NCBI GenBank assembly: GCA_044226015.1
Contig: JBGAHS010000003.1
Location: forward strand, 32,001-96,000
Source: Candidatus Obscuribacteraceae bacterium
GTDB taxonomy: Bacteria > Cyanobacteriota > Vampirovibrionia > Obscuribacterales > Obscuribacteraceae
DNA length: 64,000 bases
Reading direction: 5' to 3'
Positions within the stretch are counted from its first letter, which is position 1, and every line of letters starts with the position of its first letter. The translations under genes were made by a program, and so were the position numbers. The notes below the pieces were generated by a model, which had not been told where the DNA came from, did not search any database, and saw nothing but the letters and a program-made list of their open reading frames with translations. Of this stretch, positions 7,371 through 17,754 are shown one piece after another.

Positions 7371-10100
7371 TTATTCTGGAGAACCATCATCAGCTGGTTT
7401 AGCTTCAGCTCCATCGTCACCATCTTCATCGTCCTTTGATCCCTTGCCTGGTAATGGCTCAGAATCATCTTGCGGCGTTTCAGCAACTAAGGTCACAGAG
7501 ACAACGCTGTCATCTTCTTCAAGCTGCAGCAAGCGTACTCCAGTAGCCATACGACCTTGCGTGCTGATCTGATCCGTTGGTTGTCTGATTACCACGCCTT
7601 TTGCTGTTGTGATCAAAATCTCAGTCTTAGGTCTAACGATTAGCAAGCAAGACAGTTTGGAAAGTTCATTCTTGAACTTGATGCCAATAATGCCCAGACC
7701 GCCTCTGCCTTGAACGCGGAATTCATCGATGTCCACCCGCTTTCCGAAACCATCACTGGTGACGACGAGCATGTGGAAGTCTGGAGATGGCTCGAATACA
7801 TCGAAACCTACGATGCGATTTCCATCACGCAAACTCATCGCTTTGACGCCGCGGGCAGATCTTCCCATTGGGCGAACTTCTTCTTCGCCGTAACGAATGC
7901 ACATACCATCAGCACTGCCGATGATGATGTTGCCTTTGCCTGATGAACGACGAACCCATCCCAATTGCTCATCCTTACCGAGCTTTATCGCAGCAATGCC
8001 TTTCTTTCTGATGCGAGAGAACTGGCTAATCGGAACCTTCTTGATGGCACCAAGTGTGGTGAGCATAACGAAGTAGTCTTCATCACCAGAGACGCTGAGT
8101 TCTTCATCCTCAGCTGCTTCTATAGGAGCATCAGACTCGTCATCACCAGCATCTACAGTGCCCGATCGCTTCAGGTCTTCATCAGAAACTGGAATTACAG
8201 CAGTAACCTGTTCTTCCTGGCTCATGTTAACCATGTTCAGAATGCGCTTTCCACCAGACTGGCGCGATTGCTCTGGAATGTCCATTACATCCATCGAGTA
8301 GACGGATCCTTTAGTCGTGAACACGAGCAACTTATCGTGCGTATTTGCTTCCAGACAATGTTGAAGTGAATCTTTGTCCTCTTCTTTTGTCTTGATGCCT
8401 GATACACCACGACCCGCGCGACGCTGCCTTTTGAAAGTATCAAGAGGAACGCGCTTGATCATGTCGTTCTTGGTGATCATGACCAACATTTTTTCGTTAG
8501 GCACAAGGTCTTTCGCTGTGATATCGGAGTCTCCGGCGGCTCCGATGATTTCAGTACGTCGGTCATCACCATGCTTATCTTTGATTGCAATCAATTGATT
8601 CTTGATGATTTCCAGTACTTTCTTCGGATTAGCGAGAATCGATTGGTAATCAGCAATTTCAGCTACTTTCTTGTCATATTCTTCGTTGATTTCGTTGCTT
8701 TCCAATTGAGCCAATCTGCGCAATTGCATTTCGAGGACAGCCTGCGCCTGCAACTCATCGAGTCCGAAGTTATCCATCAATTTCGTCTTAGCTTCAGCAG
8801 CAGATGCAGCGCCTCGAATTGTCGCAATGACCTCGTCCAGCTTCTTGAGTGCTTTCAAGTAACCTTCTAAAAGGTGCTTGCGATTTTCGGCCTGTTCCAT
8901 CTTGAATCTGGTTGCGTTCTCCACAACCTCGATTCGGTGCTTGATGAAGTCGTGAATCATCTGCTCGATGGTGAGAGTGAGCGGACGGCACTTTCTCGGC
9001 TCTGGCTTCTTCTCTTTATCACCAACGGTTCCAAGCTTCTGCCTAGGTTCAGCCTGAGCTAAACGCAGACCAAGCGCATTTACAGGGAAGCTTTGCTGTA
9101 ATTGTGTGTGCTTGTAGAGATTGTTCAAAACAATATCAGGGTGCGCGTTTTGATTTAGCTTGATTACAACGCGCAATCCATTTCTATCAGTTTCATCATT
9201 TACTTCGTAGATGTCTTTGATCTTATCTTCACTGACTTCCTGAACGCGTTTAGCGAATGCTTCAGGTCCGACCAGGTAAGGTAGCGAAGTTACAACGATA
9301 GCTGTACGAGCCTGCCTGCCGCTGCCGCCTGGAATGGTTTCAATCTCAGCTTTTCCACGACACAAAATAGACCCACGCCCAGTCGTATATGCATCGCGAA
9401 TACCATCGGATCCGACGATGTAACCACCGCCCGGGAAGTCTGGTCCCTTGATGTATTGCATCAAACCGATGGAATCGAGCTCTGGATTGTCAATTTTGGC
9501 TACGATGCCATCAACAAGTTCGCGCAGGTTATGCGGAGGAAGATTGGTTGCCATACCGACAGCAATTCCAGCGCTTCCATTCATAAGAAGAATAGGAACA
9601 CGAGAAGGCAGTACCGCGGGCTCTTCTTGCGTTTCATCGAAGTTGAGACGCATCTCAACTGTGTTGAGGTCGATGTCTTCCAACATCTCCATTGCAAGAG
9701 GAGTCAGCTTTGCTTCGGTGTAACGCATTGCTGCAGGAGGATTGTCGAGGTCTCCAAAGTTTCCGTGTCCATTGACAAGCGGATATCGGCTCGCTTCTTT
9801 CTGTGCCAAACGAACAAGAGCTTCATAGATAGCCGAGTCACCGTGTGGGTGGAAGTTACCCATCACGTCCCCTACGGTTTTGGCTGCCTTACGGAACCCT
9901 TTGTTGGGATACAAGCCCAACTGGTGCATACCATATATGATGCGCCTGTGAACGGGCTTGAGACCGTCACGAACGTCAGGTATGGCTCTACTAACAATTA
10001 CCGACATCGCATAGTCGATAAACGAGCGTTTCATCTCGTCTCGGACTTGAACGGGCACTACGCCCGCCCTTTTGCCTTCTCCGCCTTCTTCGCCTGTCAA
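7371..10100 (-). CDS. gyrA: DNA gyrase/topoisomerase IV subunit A
   Basis: YAMSVIVSRAIPDVRDGLKPVHRR, HPHGDSAIYE, AAMRYTE catalytic Tyr, beta-pinwheel CTD with GyrA-box-like QRRAGRG, acidic tail. Confidence 0.93.
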   Translation of the reverse strand: MTGEEGGEGKRAGVVPVQVRDEMKRSFIDYAMSVIVSRAIPDVRDGLKPVHRRIIYGMHQLGLYPNKGFRKAAKTVGDVMGNFHPHGDSAIYEALVRLAQKEASRYPLVNGHGNFGDLDNPPAAMRYTEAKLTPLAMEMLEDIDLNTVEMRLNFDETQEEPAVLPSRVPILLMNGSAGIAVGMATNLPPHNLRELVDGIVAKIDNPELDSIGLMQYIKGPDFPGGGYIVGSDGIRDAYTTGRGSILCRGKAEIETIPGGSGRQARTAIVVTSLPYLVGPEAFAKRVQEVSEDKIKDIYEVNDETDRNGLRVVIKLNQNAHPDIVLNNLYKHTQLQQSFPVNALGLRLAQAEPRQKLGTVGDKEKKPEPRKCRPLTLTIEQMIHDFIKHRIEVVENATRFKMEQAENRKHLLEGYLKALKKLDEVIATIRGAASAAEAKTKLMDNFGLDELQAQAVLEMQLRRLAQLESNEINEEYDKKVAEIADYQSILANPKKVLEIIKNQLIAIKDKHGDDRRTEIIGAAGDSDITAKDLVPNEKMLVMITKNDMIKRVPLDTFKRQRRAGRGVSGIKTKEEDKDSLQHCLEANTHDKLLVFTTKGSVYSMDVMDIPEQSRQSGGKRILNMVNMSQEEQVTAVIPVSDEDLKRSGTVDAGDDESDAPIEAAEDEELSVSGDEDYFVMLTTLGAIKKVPISQFSRIRKKGIAAIKLGKDEQLGWVRRSSGKGNIIIGSADGMCIRYGEEEVRPMGRSARGVKAMSLRDGNRIVGFDVFEPSPDFHMLVVTSDGFGKRVDIDEFRVQGRGGLGIIGIKFKNELSKLSCLLIVRPKTEILITTAKGVVIRQPTDQISTQGRMATGVRLLQLEEDDSVVSVTLVAETPQDDSEPLPGKGSKDDEDGDDGAEAKPADDGSPE

Positions 10101-10321
10101 GTTACTAGCTCCTCAAAACTTGAGAACCCTGGAAATATTACGAATTCAAAGTATAGCATCCTTGAATTATCCGCTCCTGAAGCGACTTTCAGCAGTTTTT
10201 TCGGGACATACGCAAAGAGACGTTGCTGATTGTGTTTGCCGATTCTTTCACTCTTGCAACATTTGTGGGACGATATCCACTCCATACATCGATTGGTCAA
10301 AAAGTACGAGGTTGACTGGCA

Positions 10322-11833
10322 ATGGCACGTGAAAAGGAGACAACTCTTACTGTGGAAAACGAAGATAGCTCTCGCCTTCGCGATGAGCGAATGCGCAAGT
10401 TGAAAGAACTTAAAGAGCAGGGAATCAATCCATATCCCTATACTTTCCAACGTTCTGCAACTGCCGCCGAACTAATAGCGAAATATGCCGATTTAGCGCC
10501 AGATACAGAAACCAAAGATGAAGTCAAAGTATGCGGGCGAATTCTGAACGAGCGAAACACCTGGATGTTCGTTGACGTTTATGATGACAGCGGCAAGATT
10601 CAGTTGTTCTGCCACAAAGAAAGTCTCTCACCTGATGAATTGAAGCGCTTGCGCCTTCTAGACAAAGGTGATTTCATCGGCGCAACAGGAACAATCAGAA
10701 GAACAAAAGCAGGTGAACTCTCAGTGCGAGTCACTTCCTATGAGGTTCTCTCAAAATCTCTGTTGCCCCTGCCTCTAAGTTGGGACGGTTTCACTGATGT
10801 TGAAGCGCGTTATCGTCAGCGCTATGTCGACATGATTATCAACCCAGAATCGAGAGAGAAACTGAAGAAGCGCAGTACTGCTGTTCGTGCGTTGCGCAAT
10901 TTCCTCGATGAGAAAGGCTTTTACGAGGTCGAAACCCCGGTTTTGCAAGTCGAAGCTGGTGGTGCCGATGCGCGTCCATTCATAACTCACCACAACACTC
11001 TCGACATCGATCTATACATGCGCATTGCCACCGAGCTGCACTTGAAGCGCCTTATCATTGGTGGATTTGAAAAGGTCTATGAAATTGGCAGAATCTTCCG
11101 GAATGAGGGAATAAGCACAAAGCATAATCCCGAGTTCACCATGATGGAACTTTATCAAGCCTATGGTGATTACGAGCAGTTGATGCATTTCACAGAAGAG
11201 ATGATTCAACATATCTGCATGCAGGTTTGCGGAACTACAAAAATCACCTACCAGGGCGTTGAAATTGACTTCAAGAGCCCCTGGAGACGGGTGACAATGC
11301 GAGATGCGATTCTAGAAGTGACTGGATTCGACCCTGAAACCATGAAAACAATGGATGATGCAAAGGCTGCAGCAAGCAAGCTTGGCATCAAACTTGAGAT
11401 GGAAGAAAGCCCGGGCGAAGTTATGAACACCATCTTCGAAGAAAAGGTCGAGAGCACTTTGATGCAACCGACATTCCTCATCGATTACCCTGTAGAAATT
11501 TCACCGCTCACAAAAATGCACCGAAGCAAGCCGGGAGTGGTTGAGCGTTTCGAGCTATTCATATATGGTCGAGAACATGCAAATGGATACAGCGAGTTGA
11601 GCGACCCGCAGGATCAGCGCTCTAGACTAGAAGCACAGGCTCGCAAGAGAGAAAATGGCAATGAAGAAGCACAGCCACTGGATCTCGATTTTATCCAGGC
11701 GATGGAATATGGCATGCCGCCCACGATGGGAATCGGCATTGGTATCGATCGACTCGTCATGTTATTGACTGACTCTGCTTCCATCAGAGAAATCATCGCC
11801 TTCCCGACGATGAAACCGATTAACAAGCCCTGA
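10322..11833 (+). CDS. lysS: Lysine--tRNA ligase (class II)
   Basis: OB anticodon domain, RYRQRY, GGADARPF, FRNEGISTKHNPEFT, YGMPPTMGIGIGIDRL. Confidence 0.98.
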   Translation: MAREKETTLTVENEDSSRLRDERMRKLKELKEQGINPYPYTFQRSATAAELIAKYADLAPDTETKDEVKVCGRILNERNTWMFVDVYDDSGKIQLFCHKESLSPDELKRLRLLDKGDFIGATGTIRRTKAGELSVRVTSYEVLSKSLLPLPLSWDGFTDVEARYRQRYVDMIINPESREKLKKRSTAVRALRNFLDEKGFYEVETPVLQVEAGGADARPFITHHNTLDIDLYMRIATELHLKRLIIGGFEKVYEIGRIFRNEGISTKHNPEFTMMELYQAYGDYEQLMHFTEEMIQHICMQVCGTTKITYQGVEIDFKSPWRRVTMRDAILEVTGFDPETMKTMDDAKAAASKLGIKLEMEESPGEVMNTIFEEKVESTLMQPTFLIDYPVEISPLTKMHRSKPGVVERFELFIYGREHANGYSELSDPQDQRSRLEAQARKRENGNEEAQPLDLDFIQAMEYGMPPTMGIGIGIDRLVMLLTDSASIREIIAFPTMKPINKP

Positions 11834-12006
11834 TTGGCACTTACAAGCGGCGGCTCGACTGTAGAAACAGATGCTCTCAAACAGAGCATCTGGACCTTCC
11901 CTGACGGCGAAGCTGCAACAGTCGATTTCGGCGACACCATTGGACATGCGCAAGATGTTTGTACATAAATCTGCCTTCGGTCATAATTATGATAGGAGAA
12001 ATAAAA

Positions 12007-12534
12007 TTGACTATTTGGAAGATGTACCGCTACGAAGACTCGGTTCTCGCCCCTCGAATGGTGAAGACTGAGGAAGGCGTTTTCGTTGAAACGCAACCAG
12101 TCAGTTCAGTCTCCGCGGATTCAAAGACTGACATAGTGGACCTTCTGAAGGACTCGCTGCAAACAGCTCCAGAAGACGCGAGCAAGGAAGACCTGAACTA
12201 CGAAGTAGACGTGAAGGACGCGCAGCCAGTTCTCTTGCAAGTACTAGGCATAAAGAGATGGAAGGACTTCGAGAAGCGAGCTTTGATGTATACCCTACAT
12301 CGCAGTGAAAATCAGTTAGTGATGCATGTCACCGGGCGTGGTGCCGACGGAATGTGGAGCATTGCCGATTCAGAAAGTCGAAGTTTTTCAAATGAAATTT
12401 CGTTGCAAGAAATTTGTGAGAGCATTGCTGATGAAATGATGGCGCGACGGGCTGTTCGTGCGCCACTGTTGCTCGGTGGCTCTGCGATGGTTGTGCGCCC
12501 CGATACTACGCCCGAGCCAAAGAAGGACGAGTAA
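12007..12534 (+). CDS. Hypothetical protein
   Basis: AGGAG RBS 8 nt before an in-frame TTG at 12007; globular alpha/beta-like sequence. Confidence 0.7.
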   Translation: MTIWKMYRYEDSVLAPRMVKTEEGVFVETQPVSSVSADSKTDIVDLLKDSLQTAPEDASKEDLNYEVDVKDAQPVLLQVLGIKRWKDFEKRALMYTLHRSENQLVMHVTGRGADGMWSIADSESRSFSNEISLQEICESIADEMMARRAVRAPLLLGGSAMVVRPDTTPEPKKDE

Positions 12535-12547
12535 ATTTCAAAAATAT

Positions 12548-13040
12548 GGATCCGCACGGGGCTTCCACCGGGATCCGCACGGGCTTCCACGGGGATCCGC
12601 ACGGGCTTCCACCGGGATCAGGGATCCGCACGGGCTTCCACCGGGATCCGGGATCCGCACGGGCTTCCACCGGGATCCGCAGCGACCTCCATCGGGATCC
12701 GGGATCCGCACGGGCTTCCACCGGGATCCGCAGCGACCTCCATCGGGATCCGCAGCGACCTCCATCGGGATCCGAGATCCGCACGGGCTTCCATCGGGAT
12801 CCGCACGGGCTTCCATCGGGATCCGCAGCGACCTCCATCGGGATCCGCACGGGCTTCCACCGGGATCCGCACGGGCTTCCACCGGGATCCGCACGGGCTT
12901 CCATCGGGATCCGCACGGGCTTCCACCGGGATCCGCACGGGCTTCCATCGGGATCCGCACGGGCTTCCACCGGGATCCGCAGCGACCTCCATCGGGATCC
13001 GAGATCCGCACGGGCTTCCATCCGGATCCGCACGAGCTTC
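12548..13040. repeat. Intergenic tandem array of ~21-bp units in two variants, each starting GGATCCGCA
   Basis: Unit A GGATCCGCACGGGCTTCCA(C/T)CG and unit B GGATCCGCAGCGACCTCCATCG, about 20 copies with occasional 7-bp stutters; no unique spacers. Confidence 0.95.
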
Positions 13041-13428
13041 AACCAATATCGCTGGAATCGCATGATACTTTCCGCAGGCAAGCTGGAGGCGAACTACTTT
13101 CTAAAAGCCCAAGAATGGAGCAGCACAGTGCATGAAGCCAAGTTCCAAACCTCTCCAAATTAAATTTCCAGAAGCGTGGGGAATAAAGCATCTTTGTGCA
13201 TATAAATAGATGGCGAGAATTCCACGCCAATGCCACTTTTGCTGACTAAGATTAAACTGGGTCAAAAGCCACAGATTTAATCTGCCTTTACCGACTTCAC
13301 TGTTGAAAAGCACATTGACGGCAGTCGTACGGGAAGCAGAATAATGGAAGGTTACTAGTGGCAAAAAATCAGGATCGTCGAAGCTAGGCTGTTTCGTCCA
13401 AGTCTACTCCTACAGAGGAAAGTTCAGC

Positions 13429-15402
13429 ATGGGTAACGAAGTTAAAGAAAAACCTCAGGAAGTCTCGGAAGGAAGAGACAATTCTAGAGATGTATCCTCT
13501 GCCAGTGACAATCGAGAGATTAAGACTGCGGCAGAAGCCCAGAGAGACGACCTGAGGGAAAAGAGCGGTGCCGCCGATAAGGACCGAACTTCCGATGCGA
13601 TAAACAAGAATACTTCCGATGCGGCTTTAGCACTAAACAGTGCCGCGGGAAAACCTAACGATATCGCTGGCAACAAAGCTGTTCAAGACGATATCGCAAA
13701 ACACAAAACCGTTGACTTGCAATACGCTAACAAAGGCACATTCGACACTGCAGGTCTGTACGGAAACGCACTCGACGGAATCAAAAAGAACGGTGGCGAA
13801 AAACTTGCCATGGCTGGATCTTTGAAGGTCGGCGACCAGACCAAAGAGTCACTCAAGCCAGGGGAGAAAGGCTCAGAGCATAACAAGCCTGGTGATAACA
13901 ATGTCAGAGACATTGACCCTGCGAAGGACAATCCGGCCGCGGTGGCAAAACGCTACAACGACATGGTCGATTCCCAGAAAGATCTCAAACCTGGTGACGC
14001 AGAGCGCCTGAAATCAGAATTCGCCGACAACATGGCGAAGATGCAAGAGAAGTTCAAGGGAGATGACCTCTCCCACATCTCACGTTCAATGAATCTGATG
14101 ATGGACAAAGACAACCATCTGATGAGCGACAAGAATCGCATCAATGCAGTCTCCGGATTGGCCGCGCGAGGAGCAGAGCCACAGGACGCCAACAGACAGG
14201 GTGCAAACCCGACTTGCGCATTGACCTCGGAATCACGCATCGAGCAACAGAGAGATTTCGTTAAGTACGCAGACCAGATGGGTTCTGTCGCCGCTAAGGG
14301 TGGGGCCTGGAGAGGCGGCGCAGACGGCAAAGCGCCAGTCTGGGTCGATGTCGACGCAAAAGGCACCAATCACGCCAACTTTGCTGCAGACGGCGAAGCT
14401 TCACGTATGTACAGCAAAGATTTCCACCAGAACGGCGGACACAGAGATTACCTTGGACAGCTCGACAACGCAGTTGTCGGCGGTGAAATGGCAAAATACG
14501 CCGGTCAGCGCGATGGCAAGGACTACGTCTATGTCGCAGCAAATGCACAGAAAGTCGATGGCGCTGATGCTCTGTCTAAGGGTCAAGCGTCAGGTGGCAA
14601 CACGCTCATGGTGCGCGACAGCGGCGGAGAGCTGAAGCAATCACGCGACGGTCAAGGAAACGCGGAAAACAACCCTCCTTCGACACTAGATATGGTGGCA
14701 AAGGTGAATGCCGCCAATGGTGGTGGCGGACTTATGGTTCAACAGAACTTAGCCGAAAAATATCGCGACCCGAAAACAGGTCAATTGCCAGAAGGCATGG
14801 TGGCATTCAAAGATGCTGCGGATCTTCGCGGCAAGCTGGCGCAGAGCCCCGACAAGGAATACCAGATTGCTACAAACGGCGTGATAGTTGCCGGAAGAGA
14901 AGGTCACGGACTTCACGCGCAGACGGTCAAGTTGAACAAAGACGGACAGCTCGAGTTCGGCAATAACTGGGATAACGCAAGCAACCACAAAGTCTACAAC
15001 GACGACTTCGTCAACAAGTTCACCAATCCAAAACAATGGGACAACTACACGCCGCAACACACACTGCCAGACGGACAGCCAGATTGGAGAAACGAAAAAG
15101 TTGGACCGAAAACCGACCTGCGCAGTGTCGGAAGAGATTCGACAGACCCCAACTTCAACAAAGACAAAGCCGACAAAGACAAGAAAGAAGAAGAGGACAA
15201 GAAGAAAGACGCCAAAGCTAAAGAAGAAAAAGAGAACGAAGAAAAGCAAAAAGCCGATGCAAAGGCTAAAGCTCATCAACAAGCTCAACAAGCCTTCGAT
15301 AAAGAAATGTCTGACTACAAGTCCCGTGAAGCAGCCTGGGAGAAAGCGAACCCAGGAAAATCATTCAACGAAACACCTCCGGTATTCAAGAATCCCGGTT
15401 AG
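13429..15402 (+). CDS. Large hydrophilic protein with a putative papain-like cysteine peptidase domain (candidate effector)
   Basis: RQGANPTC...HAQTV...FGNNWD, collinear with QGGHNTC...HVVTI...DNQWG in 42264..44579. GAGGA RBS; no signal peptide; charged C-terminal tail. Confidence 0.6.
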   Translation: MGNEVKEKPQEVSEGRDNSRDVSSASDNREIKTAAEAQRDDLREKSGAADKDRTSDAINKNTSDAALALNSAAGKPNDIAGNKAVQDDIAKHKTVDLQYANKGTFDTAGLYGNALDGIKKNGGEKLAMAGSLKVGDQTKESLKPGEKGSEHNKPGDNNVRDIDPAKDNPAAVAKRYNDMVDSQKDLKPGDAERLKSEFADNMAKMQEKFKGDDLSHISRSMNLMMDKDNHLMSDKNRINAVSGLAARGAEPQDANRQGANPTCALTSESRIEQQRDFVKYADQMGSVAAKGGAWRGGADGKAPVWVDVDAKGTNHANFAADGEASRMYSKDFHQNGGHRDYLGQLDNAVVGGEMAKYAGQRDGKDYVYVAANAQKVDGADALSKGQASGGNTLMVRDSGGELKQSRDGQGNAENNPPSTLDMVAKVNAANGGGGLMVQQNLAEKYRDPKTGQLPEGMVAFKDAADLRGKLAQSPDKEYQIATNGVIVAGREGHGLHAQTVKLNKDGQLEFGNNWDNASNHKVYNDDFVNKFTNPKQWDNYTPQHTLPDGQPDWRNEKVGPKTDLRSVGRDSTDPNFNKDKADKDKKEEEDKKKDAKAKEEKENEEKQKADAKAKAHQQAQQAFDKEMSDYKSREAAWEKANPGKSFNETPPVFKNPG

Positions 15403-15488
15403 TTCCGGCTTTAACAAACCGAAAAATAAGAAACCGATTTGTGGTAAAACACAAGTGAGCACGTGCATATTCCATGCAGGAGGAATTC

Positions 15489-16082
15489 ATGCCAACTATC
15501 ACTACAGGTATCATTCGCTCGCTCAAAGTGCCTGATGAATTTACCGACCTGAAAGAAGAGATAGCTGGCATAAGTCCTGAGTACTGGATGAAGAGCTATC
15601 GTATTCCGGGACAAAATTTCCCGGAAATTAGCCTTCGCTACCCGGGCTTTCCAATGTACAGCGATGATGTGCCAGCTTTTCGCGGGCTTTTAGCAAAGGG
15701 CGAACACGTCGTATTCGAGCAGGGGAATCCGAAGTATTCCCTTAAAGCAAACCTGGATATGGTAAGAGAAGTTTCCGCCGGGCTCGGCAACGCGGGTGAC
15801 AATCAAATTGCAAAAGCCGACTCAGGACCAATGTTCAACCTGAAGACAATGGCTGTGCGAGAGGTTCAGGGGCGCATGCTGCTCCATATTACGGGTTGGT
15901 TCCAGACGCAGAGCCTCGAACCACGAGTCTTTCTGTCTTGTCTTTATATTGACACGACTCCTGGATCAAAAGATTGCAAGGTACAGGAGTTGTACTTGCA
16001 AGCGTATCCGCTTGAGCAGTTCGAGCAATTCACGCAACAATTTGAGGACTTGCTCACTACTATCAGCTGGGCAGACAAGTGA
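15489..16082 (+). CDS. Hypothetical protein, paralog 1 of a tandem pair (possible PsbP/DcrB-like fold)
   Basis: AGGAGG RBS; full-length similarity to 16079..16717. Confidence 0.75.
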   Translation: MPTITTGIIRSLKVPDEFTDLKEEIAGISPEYWMKSYRIPGQNFPEISLRYPGFPMYSDDVPAFRGLLAKGEHVVFEQGNPKYSLKANLDMVREVSAGLGNAGDNQIAKADSGPMFNLKTMAVREVQGRMLLHITGWFQTQSLEPRVFLSCLYIDTTPGSKDCKVQELYLQAYPLEQFEQFTQQFEDLLTTISWADK

Positions 16083-16717
16083 ATACTCTCTCCAGGGGGA
16101 TCATCAAAGAAGTAACTTTACCTGAGAATTTTCAGCTGCGAACAGAGCAAGCTGGTGGCATTGGAAATAGCTGGCTATTGAGTTGCAAGTCTCGAAGATA
16201 TGAGAATGTTGAATTTGCTCTTTTCTATCGCGGAACACCATGCTCAGCCGATGGCGTAATTAGTTTTCGCAATTTACTGACAGAGCCCAAGATACTGTTC
16301 AATTCGACTGACACTACAGATGGTGACAGCGGACTAATTCACAACCTTAGCAGAGTTTTGGGAAACGCCAGCAATAATCAAATAACTAATCAAAATACAG
16401 GAAATCAGGGACCAAAGTTTTTTCTTGAATGCCTGGAAGTAATTGAGCTAAATCAAAAGAACGTCCTTTCAACCACTGGCTATTTTCATGGTCCAGAGGG
16501 AGAGGTGGACTACCACTACAAGGGTGTTTTCATTGATGCCTCGCCGGACGATCCAAAGAAATGCCAGATAGAAGAGGTGCTTTTTCAGGCACCAGATATG
16601 GTGCTTTTCCGAAAATTGCTGCCGGATTTCTTGAAGTTTTTGGGGAGTATCATTTGGTCTGCGCCGACAAGCCCCATTACTAGCGGCGACAACTCAAAGT
16701 ACAAACTGAAGTTTTGA
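16079..16717 (+). CDS. Hypothetical protein, paralog 2 of a tandem pair
   Basis: GTGA overlap with the upstream stop; shares GII, LGNAxxNQI, GPxFxL, YID/FID...C..xE...QA and terminal IxW motifs with paralog 1. Confidence 0.75.
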   Translation: MNTLSRGIIKEVTLPENFQLRTEQAGGIGNSWLLSCKSRRYENVEFALFYRGTPCSADGVISFRNLLTEPKILFNSTDTTDGDSGLIHNLSRVLGNASNNQITNQNTGNQGPKFFLECLEVIELNQKNVLSTTGYFHGPEGEVDYHYKGVFIDASPDDPKKCQIEEVLFQAPDMVLFRKLLPDFLKFLGSIIWSAPTSPITSGDNSKYKLKF

Positions 16718-16755
16718 GACTTGCAGCATGATTTGCTGTGTTCAGCAGGGAAATG

Positions 16756-16937
16756 CGGCGCCCAGCAGAGAAGAACGGCGCCCAGCAGACAAAGACGGTG
16801 CCCAGCAGAAAATGACGGCGCCCAGCAGAGACAGACGGTGCCCAGCAGAGACAGACGGTGCCCAGCAGAAAATGACGGCGCCCAGCAGAAAATGACGGCG
16901 CCCAGCTGGACGGACGGCGCCCAGCAGAAAATGACGG
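16756..16937. repeat. Tandem array of ~20-bp units CGG(C/T)GCCCAGCAGA(A/G)A.., ~9 copies
   Basis: Direct reading; begins ~40 nt after the stop of 16079..16717. Confidence 0.9.
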
Positions 16938-17416
16938 TTTTCCTCTAGACATCATGCACTTGCTCTTCGTGCTTGTGCTCATGATTGCATCCTGGTCCAT
17001 GCACATGCGCCGGGCTTTATGTTCATGAATCTGAGTATGAGCATGTAGTTTGCTGCGCTGCACCCAATTCGCTTGCTTCTTACGCACGGTTTTCCTCTAG
17101 ACATCATGCATTTGCGCCTGTCTTATGTTCATGAATCTGAGTATGAACATGTAGTTTGCTGCGCTGCACCCGATTTGCCTGCTTCTATACGCACGGTTTT
17201 CCTCTAGACATCATGCATTTGCGCCTGTTTCATGTTCATGAATCTGAGTATGAGCATGTAGTTTGCTTTTGCTGCGCTGCACCCAATTCGCTTGCTTCTA
17301 TACGCACGGTTTTCCTCTAGACATCATGCACTTGCGCCTGTCTTATGTTCATGAATCTGAGTATGAACATGTAGTTTGCTGCGCTGCACCCGATTTGCCT
17401 GCTTCTATACGCACGG
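16934..17416. repeat. Tandem array of ~107-bp units, ~4 copies (first with an insertion)
   Basis: ACGGTTTTCCTCTAGACATCATGCA...GTTCATGAATCTGAGTATGA...CTATACGC recurs at ~16934, 17086, 17193 and 17306. Confidence 0.9.
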
Positions 17417-17754
17417 ACTTCCTCCACACATTCAGTGCTAGCGTTCAGCCTGATGTTCAGTTTATGCATCCACTCATGAACATATAATTTGATTGCATAT
17501 GAACAAACGACATGAGTCACAGCTTGGATTTCGCAACTGTCACTTCCCGGATGCTAATACTCTTTGCCAAAGCCTGCACTGAACTCAATCACTCCTTTGC
17601 AAACTCAATCACTCCCTGCAAACTCAAGCTCTCCGTTGCAAGGAACTTGCAGTGCTTACTGCCAATCCGTAGGTTCTAGCCAAAGTTTAGCCAACAAAAT
17701 TTGGACGGAGTACATTTCCGCCCAAGAGGTCCATCTTCAGCCACAGGAGACACC

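Noticed and set aside
9456..10229. 257-aa ORF antisense to gyrA
   Set aside because: Shadow frame of a conserved gene with no recognisable features.
12458..13163. Five overlapping 142-225 aa ORFs on both strands
   Set aside because: They are stop-free readings of the 21-bp tandem array, with no RBS or domain signal.
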